A DNA stretch of 62,893 bases from Laspinema olomoucense D3a. Its GTDB lineage: Bacteria > Cyanobacteriota > Cyanobacteriia > Cyanobacteriales > Laspinemataceae. Location: NCBI RefSeq assembly GCF_025370815.1, contig NZ_JAMXFB010000041.1. One strand, 5' to 3'. A program made the translations under genes and the position numbers. Each line of letters starts with the position of its first letter. Position 1 is the stretch's first letter. The notes beneath the pieces are model-generated. The model made no database searches, was not told the DNA's origin, and was given only the letters and a program-made list of their open reading frames with translations. Positions 17,206 to 27,388 of the stretch are shown here, piece by piece.

Positions 17206-18998
17206 TAGTCCAAGCCCCTATCTTCCAGCATCCCCCGGAATTTGTGTTTGCGGGCGTGGATTTGTAGCAATTCTTGACGATAAGTTTTCCAGCGGGCCCA
17301 CTGCTCTTTTTGAATATAAGCTGCCCGCACTTTTTTCAACCAGTCGATCGCCTGATTATAGAATTCAGATTTTTTGCGATCTAAAATCGATTCGGCAAGG
17401 GGTTGCGCCGTTTCAATCACCCAGTCTGGACGGTGTTTAATCGCTGCATCCATGACCCGATGCACCAACTCTATCTCATAGGAACCAAAGCCTTCTACGG
17501 CGGCGATCGCCTCATCAATTAACCCTTCACTTAGGAAAATATCTACTTTAACCTCAGTTTTGTTCCAAATTTTATGTTCCCTCAGAGAATTTAATAAATT
17601 GGGCTGGTATTTGAACCAATTTTCAGCGGCTAATTCTTTTATTTTAAAATAATCCCTCGAAGTAGGGTTATCGTAAAAAGCGAATTTTCTCGCCTCCAGT
17701 TCTACCTCAGTATTTCCTAATTCTTCCGCTAAATCAGCGGTCCAACTGGCCAGTTTATATTGGGAATCTCCCCGTAATTTTAGCCCCATTACCCCGACTT
17801 CCAGGGCTGGGCTAACTTCCCCATTACTGCGTAAGGTTTGCCCCAGGGATAAGGCTTCTTCCATTGTTTTCATTTGGGTCCGGGCGGCTTCCATTGCTTC
17901 CGTAGTTCGTCCTAAACTGCCCAACATGGTAAGATATTGTTTTATTTTGCCTTGGGCTTTAGCCAGGTTCAAATACTCCTGATATCGCTCTTGCCGATCC
18001 AGAATTTTTAAGCGAATTAATACCAAATCCGGGGAAGCATTGGGGGAAGAATTTTCCGCTATTCCTGGTTCGGATAGGGTTCCTTGGAGGGCTTGTACCA
18101 AATGCGGTTCATCCCATCCTTCGCTGAGGGATTCTAAGCTGAGGGGAAATTCGGTACTCCACTCCTCTTGGAGGATTTTTAAGCGCGATCGCCACTGTTC
18201 CACTTCACGGGAACTAAGGGATTCGCTGAGAATCGCTTCGGCGATCGCCTCATCCACTGCTGTGACAATTTCATCGGACTCAATCCCATACTGTTCCACC
18301 CGGTCCCAATCGGCTGCACAAGCTGAGGCAATAGCTTCTAACACGATTAAAGCATTATAACTTTCCCCAATTTCTATTAATCCTTGAATATTATCAATTA
18401 AATCTAACAACTCCTCGGTTACCGGGTCATCTTCACCGTCTAAGCTTTCAAAATACCGCATCCCTTCATATAAAATATCCCGCGCCTGCTGACGAAAAGG
18501 AGCCGGATTGATAGGGGAAGGACGCTGATTATTGGGTGATTGTATTGGACTGATTATTTCATTATTTAAGGTAATGTAATAGTCAATTTCATCAATAATT
18601 TCGGGTCTTTGTTTAACTAACTCTTGCACTAGACCTTGGATTTGGGCCCGGTTGAGCTGAGCGAGCAATTGCTCCAAAGTCGGACGCTCTTGAATAGTTT
18701 CTGGTTGCCGCATTACCACCAATAAGGTAGCGACAATATGTTCACACCATTCAGACTTATCATCAGCACAAGAACAGGTCACCGAGGTCAAACAGCCCTG
18801 CTCAAACCCCACCCGAACCCGATAGGGTTGGTCTGCATTATCCATCACTTCGGCATTGAGTAAATTGCCTCGCCGAGTCACGGAGGTTACATTGCCCGCT
18901 TCATAATCCGACTGGCCTTTGCTAAACAATGCAGGGGCAGATTTCTGGCGAATGAGGCGATCGGTCAAGTCAGGAGTTTTAGACATAAAGCAATCCAA
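17205..18998 (-). CDS. SWIM zinc-finger domain protein
   Basis: CSCADDKSEWCEHIV matches the SWIM CxC-Xn-CxH signature near the N-terminus. Remainder helical and acidic, no family recognised. Confidence 0.6.
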   Translation of the reverse strand: MDCFMSKTPDLTDRLIRQKSAPALFSKGQSDYEAGNVTSVTRRGNLLNAEVMDNADQPYRVRVGFEQGCLTSVTCSCADDKSEWCEHIVATLLVVMRQPETIQERPTLEQLLAQLNRAQIQGLVQELVKQRPEIIDEIDYYITLNNEIISPIQSPNNQRPSPINPAPFRQQARDILYEGMRYFESLDGEDDPVTEELLDLIDNIQGLIEIGESYNALIVLEAIASACAADWDRVEQYGIESDEIVTAVDEAIAEAILSESLSSREVEQWRSRLKILQEEWSTEFPLSLESLSEGWDEPHLVQALQGTLSEPGIAENSSPNASPDLVLIRLKILDRQERYQEYLNLAKAQGKIKQYLTMLGSLGRTTEAMEAARTQMKTMEEALSLGQTLRSNGEVSPALEVGVMGLKLRGDSQYKLASWTADLAEELGNTEVELEARKFAFYDNPTSRDYFKIKELAAENWFKYQPNLLNSLREHKIWNKTEVKVDIFLSEGLIDEAIAAVEGFGSYEIELVHRVMDAAIKHRPDWVIETAQPLAESILDRKKSEFYNQAIDWLKKVRAAYIQKEQWARWKTYRQELLQIHARKHKFRGMLEDRGLD

Positions 18999-19154
18999 TC
19001 TGATAGAAAATAGAGAAATTGACGGGTTGTTAAAGAATCAAGATAGCGTATCCTCATCCGTTTACAAAACAGGAATCGCCATTTTCTCTAATTCCTATCA
19101 TATCCAGGGATGCTCTAACTCGCAAGACTCATTTACAGATATTCACAACTACTA

Positions 19155-21833
19155 TTATTCAATGGGTTGACACTCAGGCGATCGCAACCCGGGAAAAGAA
19201 ACGCTTCCCTCGGGTATCGCCGCCATTAACTCAATTGTTCCTTGCGCATTCCGTCGCCAAGCAGTCGCTTCCTGGAGTGGGGAAGACGGATTTGTAGAGG
19301 AAGGGGTGCGACGGCGAGGAGGTTCAACGGTAACCGTTTCCCCCTCTAAATCTTGGAAAAAGTTGCGTAAATCATGCCAAATCGGTTGGGTTTGGAGGGG
19401 TTGAGTCGGGTCCGTGGGTAATCCTCCTCGTCCCGAAATGGTAAAAGAATTCTCATCGGATAAGGCACAACCCACAAAGTTATTATCCCTCGCTTGACCC
19501 AGCATTTCGGGTAATTCTACTAATCCCGTGGAGGGATTAACATCAGGGGTATTAATTGTGACACTGCCGCTAAACTCCGCCCCGAGTTCGGAGGTGGCGG
19601 TAATATCACTTTGTGGCGTGAGTTCTGTGCGAAAATTAGTCCCCAAGATGCCTTGGGCGGCGATCGCCACGCGACCCCCAAAACTGGCGCTGGAATTCGC
19701 TGTAATATCACTATTCTCTACGGCAACTAACGTATCTGTAGCGATCGCAATATTCCCTCCCGTCCCACTCCCACTGGCATTTGTGGTAATTCCCCCTTGG
19801 TTACGCAACCGAATATCCCGCGATTCAATAAAAATATTCGCTTGATCCCCTTGCACCGTTTCTGCGGCGATCGCAGCATTGTTAACCACAATCTGCCGCC
19901 CCACAATTTCAATATTCCCGGCGATTCCCGTCTTCTCACTACTGGCCGAAATGATGGCGCGATCGCCTAAAATTAACTGTCCCGTCTGCAAGCGCATCGT
20001 CCCCGCATTCCCCGTCTCTGTAGAAGCAGCAAAAATTCCTGTAGGAAATAGGATTCCAGACTCATCCGGGAAGAAAAATCCCCCCTCTATTGCCGGAACT
20101 GCACCGGATAAAACAATCGCCTCAGTTGCCAAAATCTCCAAATTTCCCCCATCTCCAGCGCCAAATGTACCCACACTAATCTGTGCGCCATCCCGCAAAA
20201 TCAACCTCGGAGTTTCAATCCGTAAATTATCTCCATTCCCTTCTCCCAAAGTATCACTAAAAACAATCACCGGATTGCCAACGCGATCGACTCCCCCAAA
20301 TTCCATCACTTCCGTTGCCTGCAAAAGCACAGGACCGCCATCCCCCGCCTCAAAGGTGGTACTACCCACATTCGCCCCATTCAGAATCCGTAATACTGCC
20401 GTCTCAATCTCTAAACTTCCCGCATTTCCCATTGCCTCCGGGTCTACGGTACTTTCCGCCCCTGTGGGCCTTAGCACATCGTTACTGGAATTCAATCCAT
20501 CAAAAACCACCGACTCCAAGGCGCGAATTACCAGGGGTGCACCATTTCCCTGACCCCGGGTTCCCGTGATCATGCCTGCCCCATCTTTGACCAACACAGA
20601 ACCCGCCTGAATCTCAATGCCGCCTGCATTTCCGACCCCTTCGGGTGCTACATCTGCCGAGGCGATGGTGATGAAATCTTCTCTCCCCTGTCCATCGAAT
20701 ACCACGGACTCGCGGGCGGTAATTTGCAGTTTACCGCCATCCCCTTCCCCGGATGTGCTAGTAGAAATTATCGCACTTGTGGCGGAAAAGGTGGTAGTAT
20801 TCAAAGTGATGTTACCGCCATCGCCAACCCCGTTGGGTTGGACTTCATTGGCGATCGCACTCTCTTCCGTTAAAACAATGTTTCCCGTGGTATCAATTTC
20901 GATATCTCCTGCTTGTACACCCGGTGTTCCTGACCCTGGCGCAATCCCCCCGCGAATCTCAGACTGCCCTGAAATCAGCAGATTCTCGACTTGAATGGCG
21001 ATACTTCCACCCCCTGCACCGGCCACATCCACTCGCGCCCCATTCGTGAGATGGAGTGGCGATCGCTCGACGGTTTCCGGCAGTTTGAGTGCGTTTCCCC
21101 CTGGTAATTCCACCACTCCCGCCTCGGAGATTCCCCCCAAAGTGACAGTTCCACCGGGAACCCGTAATTGTCCCCCCTCCAGGGTAATCTCACCCCCAAC
21201 TAGGGTTAAGGTTTGATTCGGCAGCACAGTTAGAACCGAATCCCTCACAAAAATGCTCTCGGGATTGGGTCCATATTGTAACCCGATGGGGACATTAACG
21301 CTCAAAATAGGGGATGAATCAGGGTTTGTGGCGCTAAAGGCGCGATCGTCAGGAAATAACACACTGTGGGCGGTACTCCCGACAAAAGAACCGCCTAGAT
21401 TCAGGGTGGCATTCGGTCCGAAGGCAATGCCACTGGGATTAATTAAAAATAAATTCGCGCTGCCATTAGCGGCGATCGCCCCATCAATTTGGGACAGTTT
21501 GCCTCCGGTAATGCGAGTAATAATATTAGCGATAGTGGTGGAATTATTAAAAAGTGCAGCAGTTCCCGTCGGGATAGAAAATTCCTGGAAACTATGGAAC
21601 AAATTACTACCGGCAGCAGTTCCCCCCTCAATCGTGAGGGTATTGCCGTTGATCTGAACCCCCGAAGGATTCGGAAGGGTATTATCCGGTATAACCTGCG
21701 CCTGGAGGGATTTGTGTCCTAACCCTCCGTCCAAAAATAGCAAGGCACTCATCAAGCTAAAAATAGATAGATAATAATGACCCCAATACATCACGGTTTG
21801 GCAACTCCTGACTCTACTATTTTTCTTGATCAT
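19155..21833 (-). CDS. Two-partner-secretion (TpsA) exoprotein: filamentous-hemagglutinin N-terminal TPS domain followed by Gly/Thr-rich beta-helical repeats
   Basis: N-terminal signal/TM. NPSGVQINGNTLTIEGGTAAGSNLFHSFQEFSIPTGTAALFNN is the canonical haemagglutination-activity (TPS) domain motif. Long G/T/N-rich beta-helix-like repeats. Confidence 0.75.
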   Translation of the reverse strand: MIKKNSRVRSCQTVMYWGHYYLSIFSLMSALLFLDGGLGHKSLQAQVIPDNTLPNPSGVQINGNTLTIEGGTAAGSNLFHSFQEFSIPTGTAALFNNSTTIANIITRITGGKLSQIDGAIAANGSANLFLINPSGIAFGPNATLNLGGSFVGSTAHSVLFPDDRAFSATNPDSSPILSVNVPIGLQYGPNPESIFVRDSVLTVLPNQTLTLVGGEITLEGGQLRVPGGTVTLGGISEAGVVELPGGNALKLPETVERSPLHLTNGARVDVAGAGGGSIAIQVENLLISGQSEIRGGIAPGSGTPGVQAGDIEIDTTGNIVLTEESAIANEVQPNGVGDGGNITLNTTTFSATSAIISTSTSGEGDGGKLQITARESVVFDGQGREDFITIASADVAPEGVGNAGGIEIQAGSVLVKDGAGMITGTRGQGNGAPLVIRALESVVFDGLNSSNDVLRPTGAESTVDPEAMGNAGSLEIETAVLRILNGANVGSTTFEAGDGGPVLLQATEVMEFGGVDRVGNPVIVFSDTLGEGNGDNLRIETPRLILRDGAQISVGTFGAGDGGNLEILATEAIVLSGAVPAIEGGFFFPDESGILFPTGIFAASTETGNAGTMRLQTGQLILGDRAIISASSEKTGIAGNIEIVGRQIVVNNAAIAAETVQGDQANIFIESRDIRLRNQGGITTNASGSGTGGNIAIATDTLVAVENSDITANSSASFGGRVAIAAQGILGTNFRTELTPQSDITATSELGAEFSGSVTINTPDVNPSTGLVELPEMLGQARDNNFVGCALSDENSFTISGRGGLPTDPTQPLQTQPIWHDLRNFFQDLEGETVTVEPPRRRTPSSTNPSSPLQEATAWRRNAQGTIELMAAIPEGSVSFPGLRSPECQPIE

Positions 21834-22207
21834 TACAGAAACTCCAGGTTAATCCCGGATAGGCGGCACTTCGGTGAAAGCAGAGGGGGCGTTTCTATGA
21901 TTTATCCCAGAGTTGTAGAGCATTTTCTGCGGGCGATCGGTCCTATTAATTAAAGGGAATAATGGCGATCGCCTAGAGTAAGGGTTTTGTCATTCTCCCT
22001 TGATCTCGGATTTCCCCTCACCTATCTCAGTCGGGTATCCGGCGCGACTCTTCCCCAGGACAGATGTCAGTTCTTACTCTCGTATTATAGCGTGGAATGC
22101 GTATTCCAAAAACCGCCGTACCCGTTATCACGGAATCCGGGCAGTTCTTGAGGTTTACTCTTTTATATTAAGGGGTCGATCTACCTGCTTAAATCGGTAG
22201 AATCCAA

Positions 22208-23464
22208 TTGACTGAGGTTTTAGAGTTGATGATTAACTTAACCCATATTCTCACCCTCGTATCCATCGTGAGTCTGATCGGGGTCGCCAGTTGTACCGCC
22301 CCCTCCGGCACATTGCTAGAAAATAGCACCACCGGACCCGGAAACCGGCCCCAGGAACAGGCCCAAGGGGTTCCCACTCCCAGTCGTGAGGCCGCTTGCA
22401 TCCTCGTAGAAAATGGGTTTGGTCCCCAAGGTCAAGTCAATATTCGGGTAGAAGAGGTGGTGAATGGGCTCGATGTTCCCTGGGGGATTGGGTTTTTGCC
22501 CAATGGGGATATGCTGGTAACGGAACGACCCGGACGGGTGCGATTGGTCCAAAACGGTCAACTGCGGCCCGAAGCAGTCGCCAATATTACCGTTACGGCG
22601 CGGGGTGAGGGGGGACTGCTGGGAATTGCCATGCATCCGGATTTTGCCAGTAATCGATTTTTCTATATTTACTATACTGTCGATACGACCAATGACTCAT
22701 CAGTCAACCGGGTTGAACGATGGCAACTTGCCCCCGATGGATTAAATGCCAGTCGCGATCGCGTGATATTGGACAATATTCCCGTCGCACAATACCACAA
22801 TGGCGGACGGATTCGCTTTGGACCCGATGGAATGCTGTATATTGGCACAGGAGATGCCCGCGAACCCGACTTATCCCAAGATGTCAGCAGTCTCGCCGGT
22901 AAAATTCTCCGGGTCACCCCCGAGGGTGATGTCCCCCCGGATAATCCATTTCCCGGTAATCCCGTCTATATTCTGGGTATTCGCAACACTCAAGGGTTTG
23001 ATTGGGTGAATGAGACAACTTTGCAAGTCACGGATCATGGACCCAGTGGGGAATTAGGCAGACGAGGCCATGATAAACTGAGTGTCGCACAAGCGGGGGA
23101 TAATCTGGGGTGGCCGACCCTGGAACGCTGTGAATCACAGACGGGATTAGTCACCCCTTCTCTCGTCTGGCGAGAGGCATTACCTCCGGGAGGTGCGGCC
23201 ATTTATACAGGAACGGCGATTCCGGAATGGCAAGGGAATTTAATCATTGCTTCTCTGCGATCGGAACATTTGCAGCGGGTGGTTTTTGACCCCCAATCTC
23301 CCCAACAAGTGCAACAGCATGAAGTGTATTTGCAAGGGGAGTACGGACGACTCCGAGAGGCGATCATGGGACCCGATGGTGAACTTTATATCACCACCAG
23401 CAATTGTGATGGTCGCGGCGGTTGTCCCTCAGATGGTGATAAAATACTTCGGATCACTCGCTAA
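22208..23464 (+). CDS. PQQ-dependent sugar dehydrogenase (soluble glucose/sorbosone dehydrogenase family, beta-propeller), probable lipoprotein
   Basis: Lipobox-like LIGVASC. Motifs QYHNGGRIRFGPDGMLYIGTGD and GPDGELYITT are characteristic of the GSDH family. Confidence 0.7.
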   Translation: MTEVLELMINLTHILTLVSIVSLIGVASCTAPSGTLLENSTTGPGNRPQEQAQGVPTPSREAACILVENGFGPQGQVNIRVEEVVNGLDVPWGIGFLPNGDMLVTERPGRVRLVQNGQLRPEAVANITVTARGEGGLLGIAMHPDFASNRFFYIYYTVDTTNDSSVNRVERWQLAPDGLNASRDRVILDNIPVAQYHNGGRIRFGPDGMLYIGTGDAREPDLSQDVSSLAGKILRVTPEGDVPPDNPFPGNPVYILGIRNTQGFDWVNETTLQVTDHGPSGELGRRGHDKLSVAQAGDNLGWPTLERCESQTGLVTPSLVWREALPPGGAAIYTGTAIPEWQGNLIIASLRSEHLQRVVFDPQSPQQVQQHEVYLQGEYGRLREAIMGPDGELYITTSNCDGRGGCPSDGDKILRITR

Positions 23465-23501
23465 AGTTTAATCAGATTCATCAAGTGGAGATTCTATTAC
23501 C

Positions 23502-24269
23502 ATGACAAATAAGAAAAAATGGCGTTTTGGTTCAGTTTTGATGGGATTTATGGCAGTCTTCCTGCTGATTGCTTGTCAGGGAATGAGCCAAACAAACCTG
23601 TCTCAAACTCCACCAACGACCCCCACTCCTGGAAACGAAGTGAGCGCTTCTCCGGCTGAATTACCCCCATTGCCTTACCCCTATAATGCCCTACAACCCC
23701 ATATTGATGCTCAGACGATGGAGTTACATCATGATAAGCATCATGCCAGTTACGTTAGTAATTTAAACAAGGCATTAGAAAATAATTCCAATCTGCAAAA
23801 CCAAAGCGTTGAGGCATTAATCCGCAATTTAAATCAGGTGCCAGAAAATATCCGCACAGCCGTTAGAAATAATGGCGGAGGTCACGTCAATCATTCCATG
23901 TTCTGGGAAATTATGAGTCCCAATGGCGGGGGAGAACCCACCGGCGCGATCGCTCAAGCCATTAACGAAACTTTTGGCAGTTTTAAGACCTTCCAAGAGC
24001 AATTTAATCAAGCAGGAACCAGTCAATTTGGCAGTGGGTGGGTTTGGTTAGTTCGCAATGCTCAAGGCCAACTAGAAATTACCAGTACCCCGAATCAAGA
24101 TAGTCCCCTCATGGATGGAAAATATCCTATTATGGGCAATGATGTCTGGGAACACGCCTATTACCTCAACTACCAAAATCAGCGGGGGGAATATTTAAAA
24201 AATTGGTGGAATGTCGTCAATTGGGAAGAAGTGAACCGACGCTTTGAACGCGCTTCTCAAGCTAGTTAA
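23502..24269 (+). CDS. sodA: Fe/Mn-family superoxide dismutase with N-terminal membrane/lipoprotein anchor (Mn-type signature)
   Basis: [29 protein letters not shown] (GGGHxNH is typical of Mn-SODs). [19 protein letters not shown]-terminal hydrophobic segment ending LIACQG. Confidence 0.8.
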   Translation: MTNKKKWRFGSVLMGFMAVFLLIACQGMSQTNLSQTPPTTPTPGNEVSASPAELPPLPYPYNALQPHIDAQTMELHHDKHHASYVSNLNKALENNSNLQNQSVEALIRNLNQVPENIRTAVRNNGGGHVNHSMFWEIMSPNGGGEPTGAIAQAINETFGSFKTFQEQFNQAGTSQFGSGWVWLVRNAQGQLEITSTPNQDSPLMDGKYPIMGNDVWEHAYYLNYQNQRGEYLKNWWNVVNWEEVNRRFERASQAS

Positions 24270-24440
24270 TTCCTTAACCCCCTCTCTCTCAAACCCAAGG
24301 ATTTTAACGGTTGTGTTAGCAACTCGATAGAGTGGGTCAGTAATTTTAAAACCTAACACATCCATTCCATTCCAGCGGTTCAGTGGTAATGCGCTGAACC
24401 CTCATCCGGTTCCCTCGTTTATAACTTACCTAATTTTAAC

Positions 24441-26612
24441 ATGAAAGTCACTGTAGAACCTCCTTTTTTAACCATTAATCATGGCAGCATATTTATGGTG
24501 TCCGAACTGGACGGACAAATTCAATGCGACAAGTTTCAAGGAATTTTTGCTGATGATACCCGGTTTTTAAGTGAATATGCCTGTTTTATAGACAATACGT
24601 CCTGGATGCGGCTCACCTCGTCAGTCACGCGCTATTACGCCAGCAAAATTTATTTAACTAATCCCGCCATTTCCAGCCAAAATGGAGAAATTGCTAAAGG
24701 CGCGCTATCCTTAACCATCGCTCGGACTGCCGAACATGGAATTCATGAAGACCTAGATATTACCAATCATAGCCTCAAAGCCGTAAAGTTTCATTTGGAT
24801 TTAGAGATTAATTCCGACTTTGCGGATATTTTTGAAGTCCAATCCGGGGAATTCGTGCGCCGAGGTCAAATTGAAACCGACTGGGATAAAAAAGAGTATA
24901 AACTTCGCCATACCTATAATAATGGAGATTTTTATCGATGCATGATCGCCCATTGGGATAACCTGACATCACCCCCGCATTATGCGAATGGTCGAGTTAC
25001 CTTTCAAATTGAATTAGAAGCGGGTGCAAGTTGGCACGCTTGCTGTTGCTATACCCTGATTGATAACGAACACTGCCACAAACCCATTTCTTTGTGCTAT
25101 GACGAAGCCATCAAATCCGATGTAAATACCGAATTGCAACAGTTGCAGCGGCAGTGGCAGGATGTCTGCACAACGATCGCCACCTCAAACGAGGATCTCA
25201 AGCGACTGTACTGCCAGAGTCTCGAAGACATGAGTGCGATGCGCCTCTATGACTACGATATGGCTCCCGATGTGTGGCTACCCGCAGCAGGAGTTCCCAA
25301 ATATGTGGCGCTATTTGGTCGCGATAGCTTAACTGCCAGCTTGCAAAATCAGATTATTCATCCCGGGTTTGCCCGAGGTGCACTCCAAAAATTAGGGCAG
25401 TTTCAAGCGAAGGAATATAGTGACTGGCAGGATGCACAACCGGGAAAAATCCTCCATGAACTGCGTCAGGGGGAGTTGGTTTACTTGAAAAAAAGTCCGC
25501 GATCGCCTTATTATGGGGCTGCCGATACCACCCCTCTCTATACAATAGTCCTCCACGAAACTTGGAAATGGTTAGGGGATGATTCTCTCTTAAAAGATTA
25601 CCGCGATGTCGCCCTCCGCTGTTTAGACTGGATCGATCGCTATGGAGATCTAGACAAAGATGGCTTCCAGGAATATCAAGTGCGCTCAGAAAAAGGCATC
25701 GAAAACCAATGCTGGAAAGACTCCGGAGATTCAATCGTCTATCCCGATGGATCACAAGTCAAATCCCCCAAAGCCCTATGTGAACTTCAAGGCTATGTCT
25801 TTGATGCCTGGATGCGGATGGCGGAAGTCTTTGAGGCACTCGGTGAGAAGGATAGCGCCACCGAATTACAAGGTAAAGCCGAAAAACTGCGCGTGCAATT
25901 TGAAGAACGCTTTTGGTGTGAAGACTTGGGATTTTATGCCTTAACCCTAGATCCAGATAAACAGCCGGTCCGTTCGATCGCCTCAAATCCGGGTCATTGC
26001 CTCTGGAGTGGCATCGTCAGCCCAGAACGCGCTCAACGGGTGGTTAAACGGCTGCTAGAACCCGATATGTCCAGTGGTTGGGGAATTCGCACCTTGTCCT
26101 CAAATCATCCCTCTTTTAACCCCTTTTCCTATCATCTCGGGTCCGTCTGGCCCCATGATAACGGCATCATTGCCCTCGGCTTCAAACGCTATGGCTCCCA
26201 TGAAGCCGTTGCAAGCGTAGCAGCGGATATTTTCGAGACAGCCAGCCATTTCGCCTGCTATCAGATTCCCGAAGTCTATGCCGGAACAAAGCGCCAGATA
26301 GGAGCATTTCCCGTCCCCTATATTGAAGCAAATATACCCCAAGCTTGGGCCGCCGGTTCCGTCTTTCACCTAATCCAGGCCCTATTGGGATTACAAGCGA
26401 ATGCACCCCACGGCTGCTTATATGTTGATCCCTATTTGCCCGATTGGTTACCCGACTTGACCCTGTGCGGTTTAGAGGTGGGGGATTCCTCCATAGACTT
26501 ACGGTTTTGGCGCGAAGGCGATCGCACTTGCTGGGATGCCTCGGTCCGTAGTGGCACCATTTCGGTCCAGCAAAAAGCATGGCAACCTTGGGCGATCCCT
26601 GTATCGGTATAG
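24441..26612 (+). CDS. Amylo-alpha-1,6-glucosidase / glycogen-debranching-enzyme-like protein (six-hairpin glycosidase C-terminal domain)
   Basis: 723 aa. Architecture and motifs (GRDSLTASLQ, WKDSGDSIVYPDG, HCLWSGI, GIRTLSSNHPSFNPFSYHLGSVWPHDN) resemble the GDE_C family. Confidence 0.55.
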   Translation: MKVTVEPPFLTINHGSIFMVSELDGQIQCDKFQGIFADDTRFLSEYACFIDNTSWMRLTSSVTRYYASKIYLTNPAISSQNGEIAKGALSLTIARTAEHGIHEDLDITNHSLKAVKFHLDLEINSDFADIFEVQSGEFVRRGQIETDWDKKEYKLRHTYNNGDFYRCMIAHWDNLTSPPHYANGRVTFQIELEAGASWHACCCYTLIDNEHCHKPISLCYDEAIKSDVNTELQQLQRQWQDVCTTIATSNEDLKRLYCQSLEDMSAMRLYDYDMAPDVWLPAAGVPKYVALFGRDSLTASLQNQIIHPGFARGALQKLGQFQAKEYSDWQDAQPGKILHELRQGELVYLKKSPRSPYYGAADTTPLYTIVLHETWKWLGDDSLLKDYRDVALRCLDWIDRYGDLDKDGFQEYQVRSEKGIENQCWKDSGDSIVYPDGSQVKSPKALCELQGYVFDAWMRMAEVFEALGEKDSATELQGKAEKLRVQFEERFWCEDLGFYALTLDPDKQPVRSIASNPGHCLWSGIVSPERAQRVVKRLLEPDMSSGWGIRTLSSNHPSFNPFSYHLGSVWPHDNGIIALGFKRYGSHEAVASVAADIFETASHFACYQIPEVYAGTKRQIGAFPVPYIEANIPQAWAAGSVFHLIQALLGLQANAPHGCLYVDPYLPDWLPDLTLCGLEVGDSSIDLRFWREGDRTCWDASVRSGTISVQQKAWQPWAIPVSV

Positions 26613-26749
26613 TCATCCCAACTCCTAAGCTAGATCAACCCCAGGCGGAAAACCTGTGGGTTGATTATCTATCTTAATCGTCTCTATTCTTCTAAAACTT
26701 AGTATAAAATATCGCCCTTGAAGTGCGCCCATCCTCAATTAATCGCACT

Positions 26750-27388
26750 TTACAGAATTTCTTCACCGCCACATAACGACAAAATTGTATTAATAAAAGC
26801 CTTGAGTTCTGAACAAACCTCGATAGACTCCATCAAATCGTTTTCCTCTAAAATCTTTAAACCATCCCGAGTTTTACTATAACTTCTGGGGGATTTGCCT
26901 TGCTCAAAAATTTCTTGAATATGTTTCGAGGGCGGTTTCTGATGATTCACTTTCTCCGGATTGCCGCTAGGAACAGATTTATTATGTTTGGCTAACTTTT
27001 GAATGGTCGGCCAAAACGGTAAAAGCCATGCCTCAAAATCATGTTGTGCAGCGTGGGGATAAAAGTTAGGATTGTTTCCTACCCATTCTTTCATTTTTTG
27101 TTTAGCATCGGCTGCATTTTTAAAATCCTCGGTTCCAGTATAAACGTCGGTTAAGGCAATCACTGCATCATAAGCATCCTTGCCACTCAGCAGCTTTTCT
27201 ACGTCACTTTTAAGTTTGTCTTTTTTCGGAATCCGTCCATGATAAGGTTTGGGCTGTAATTTAGGCATTTTTCCAGGTAAACGGGAATTCAGAAAGCGCC
27301 GCAAACTCGGTATCAAGGCTTTTTCAGTTGCGCCTTCAACTAAAATAGCAATTTTCACGATCGCCCTCCGATGATATTCATCGCCCAC
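26750..27388 (-). CDS. DUF4276-like protein (partner of the upstream ATPase)
   Basis: N-terminal VKIAILVEGATEKALIPSLRRFL matches the DUF4276 signature (ILVEGxTE). About 210 aa. Overlaps the upstream ATPase gene by 34 bp. Confidence 0.5.
   Translation of the reverse strand: MGDEYHRRAIVKIAILVEGATEKALIPSLRRFLNSRLPGKMPKLQPKPYHGRIPKKDKLKSDVEKLLSGKDAYDAVIALTDVYTGTEDFKNAADAKQKMKEWVGNNPNFYPHAAQHDFEAWLLPFWPTIQKLAKHNKSVPSGNPEKVNHQKPPSKHIQEIFEQGKSPRSYSKTRDGLKILEENDLMESIEVCSELKAFINTILSLCGGEEIL

Noticed and set aside
19879-20994. Several 100-220-aa + strand ORFs antisense to the TpsA gene
   Set aside because: Pro/Ser-rich translations of the antisense of Gly/Thr-rich repeats. They are fully nested inside a well-supported 892-aa gene.
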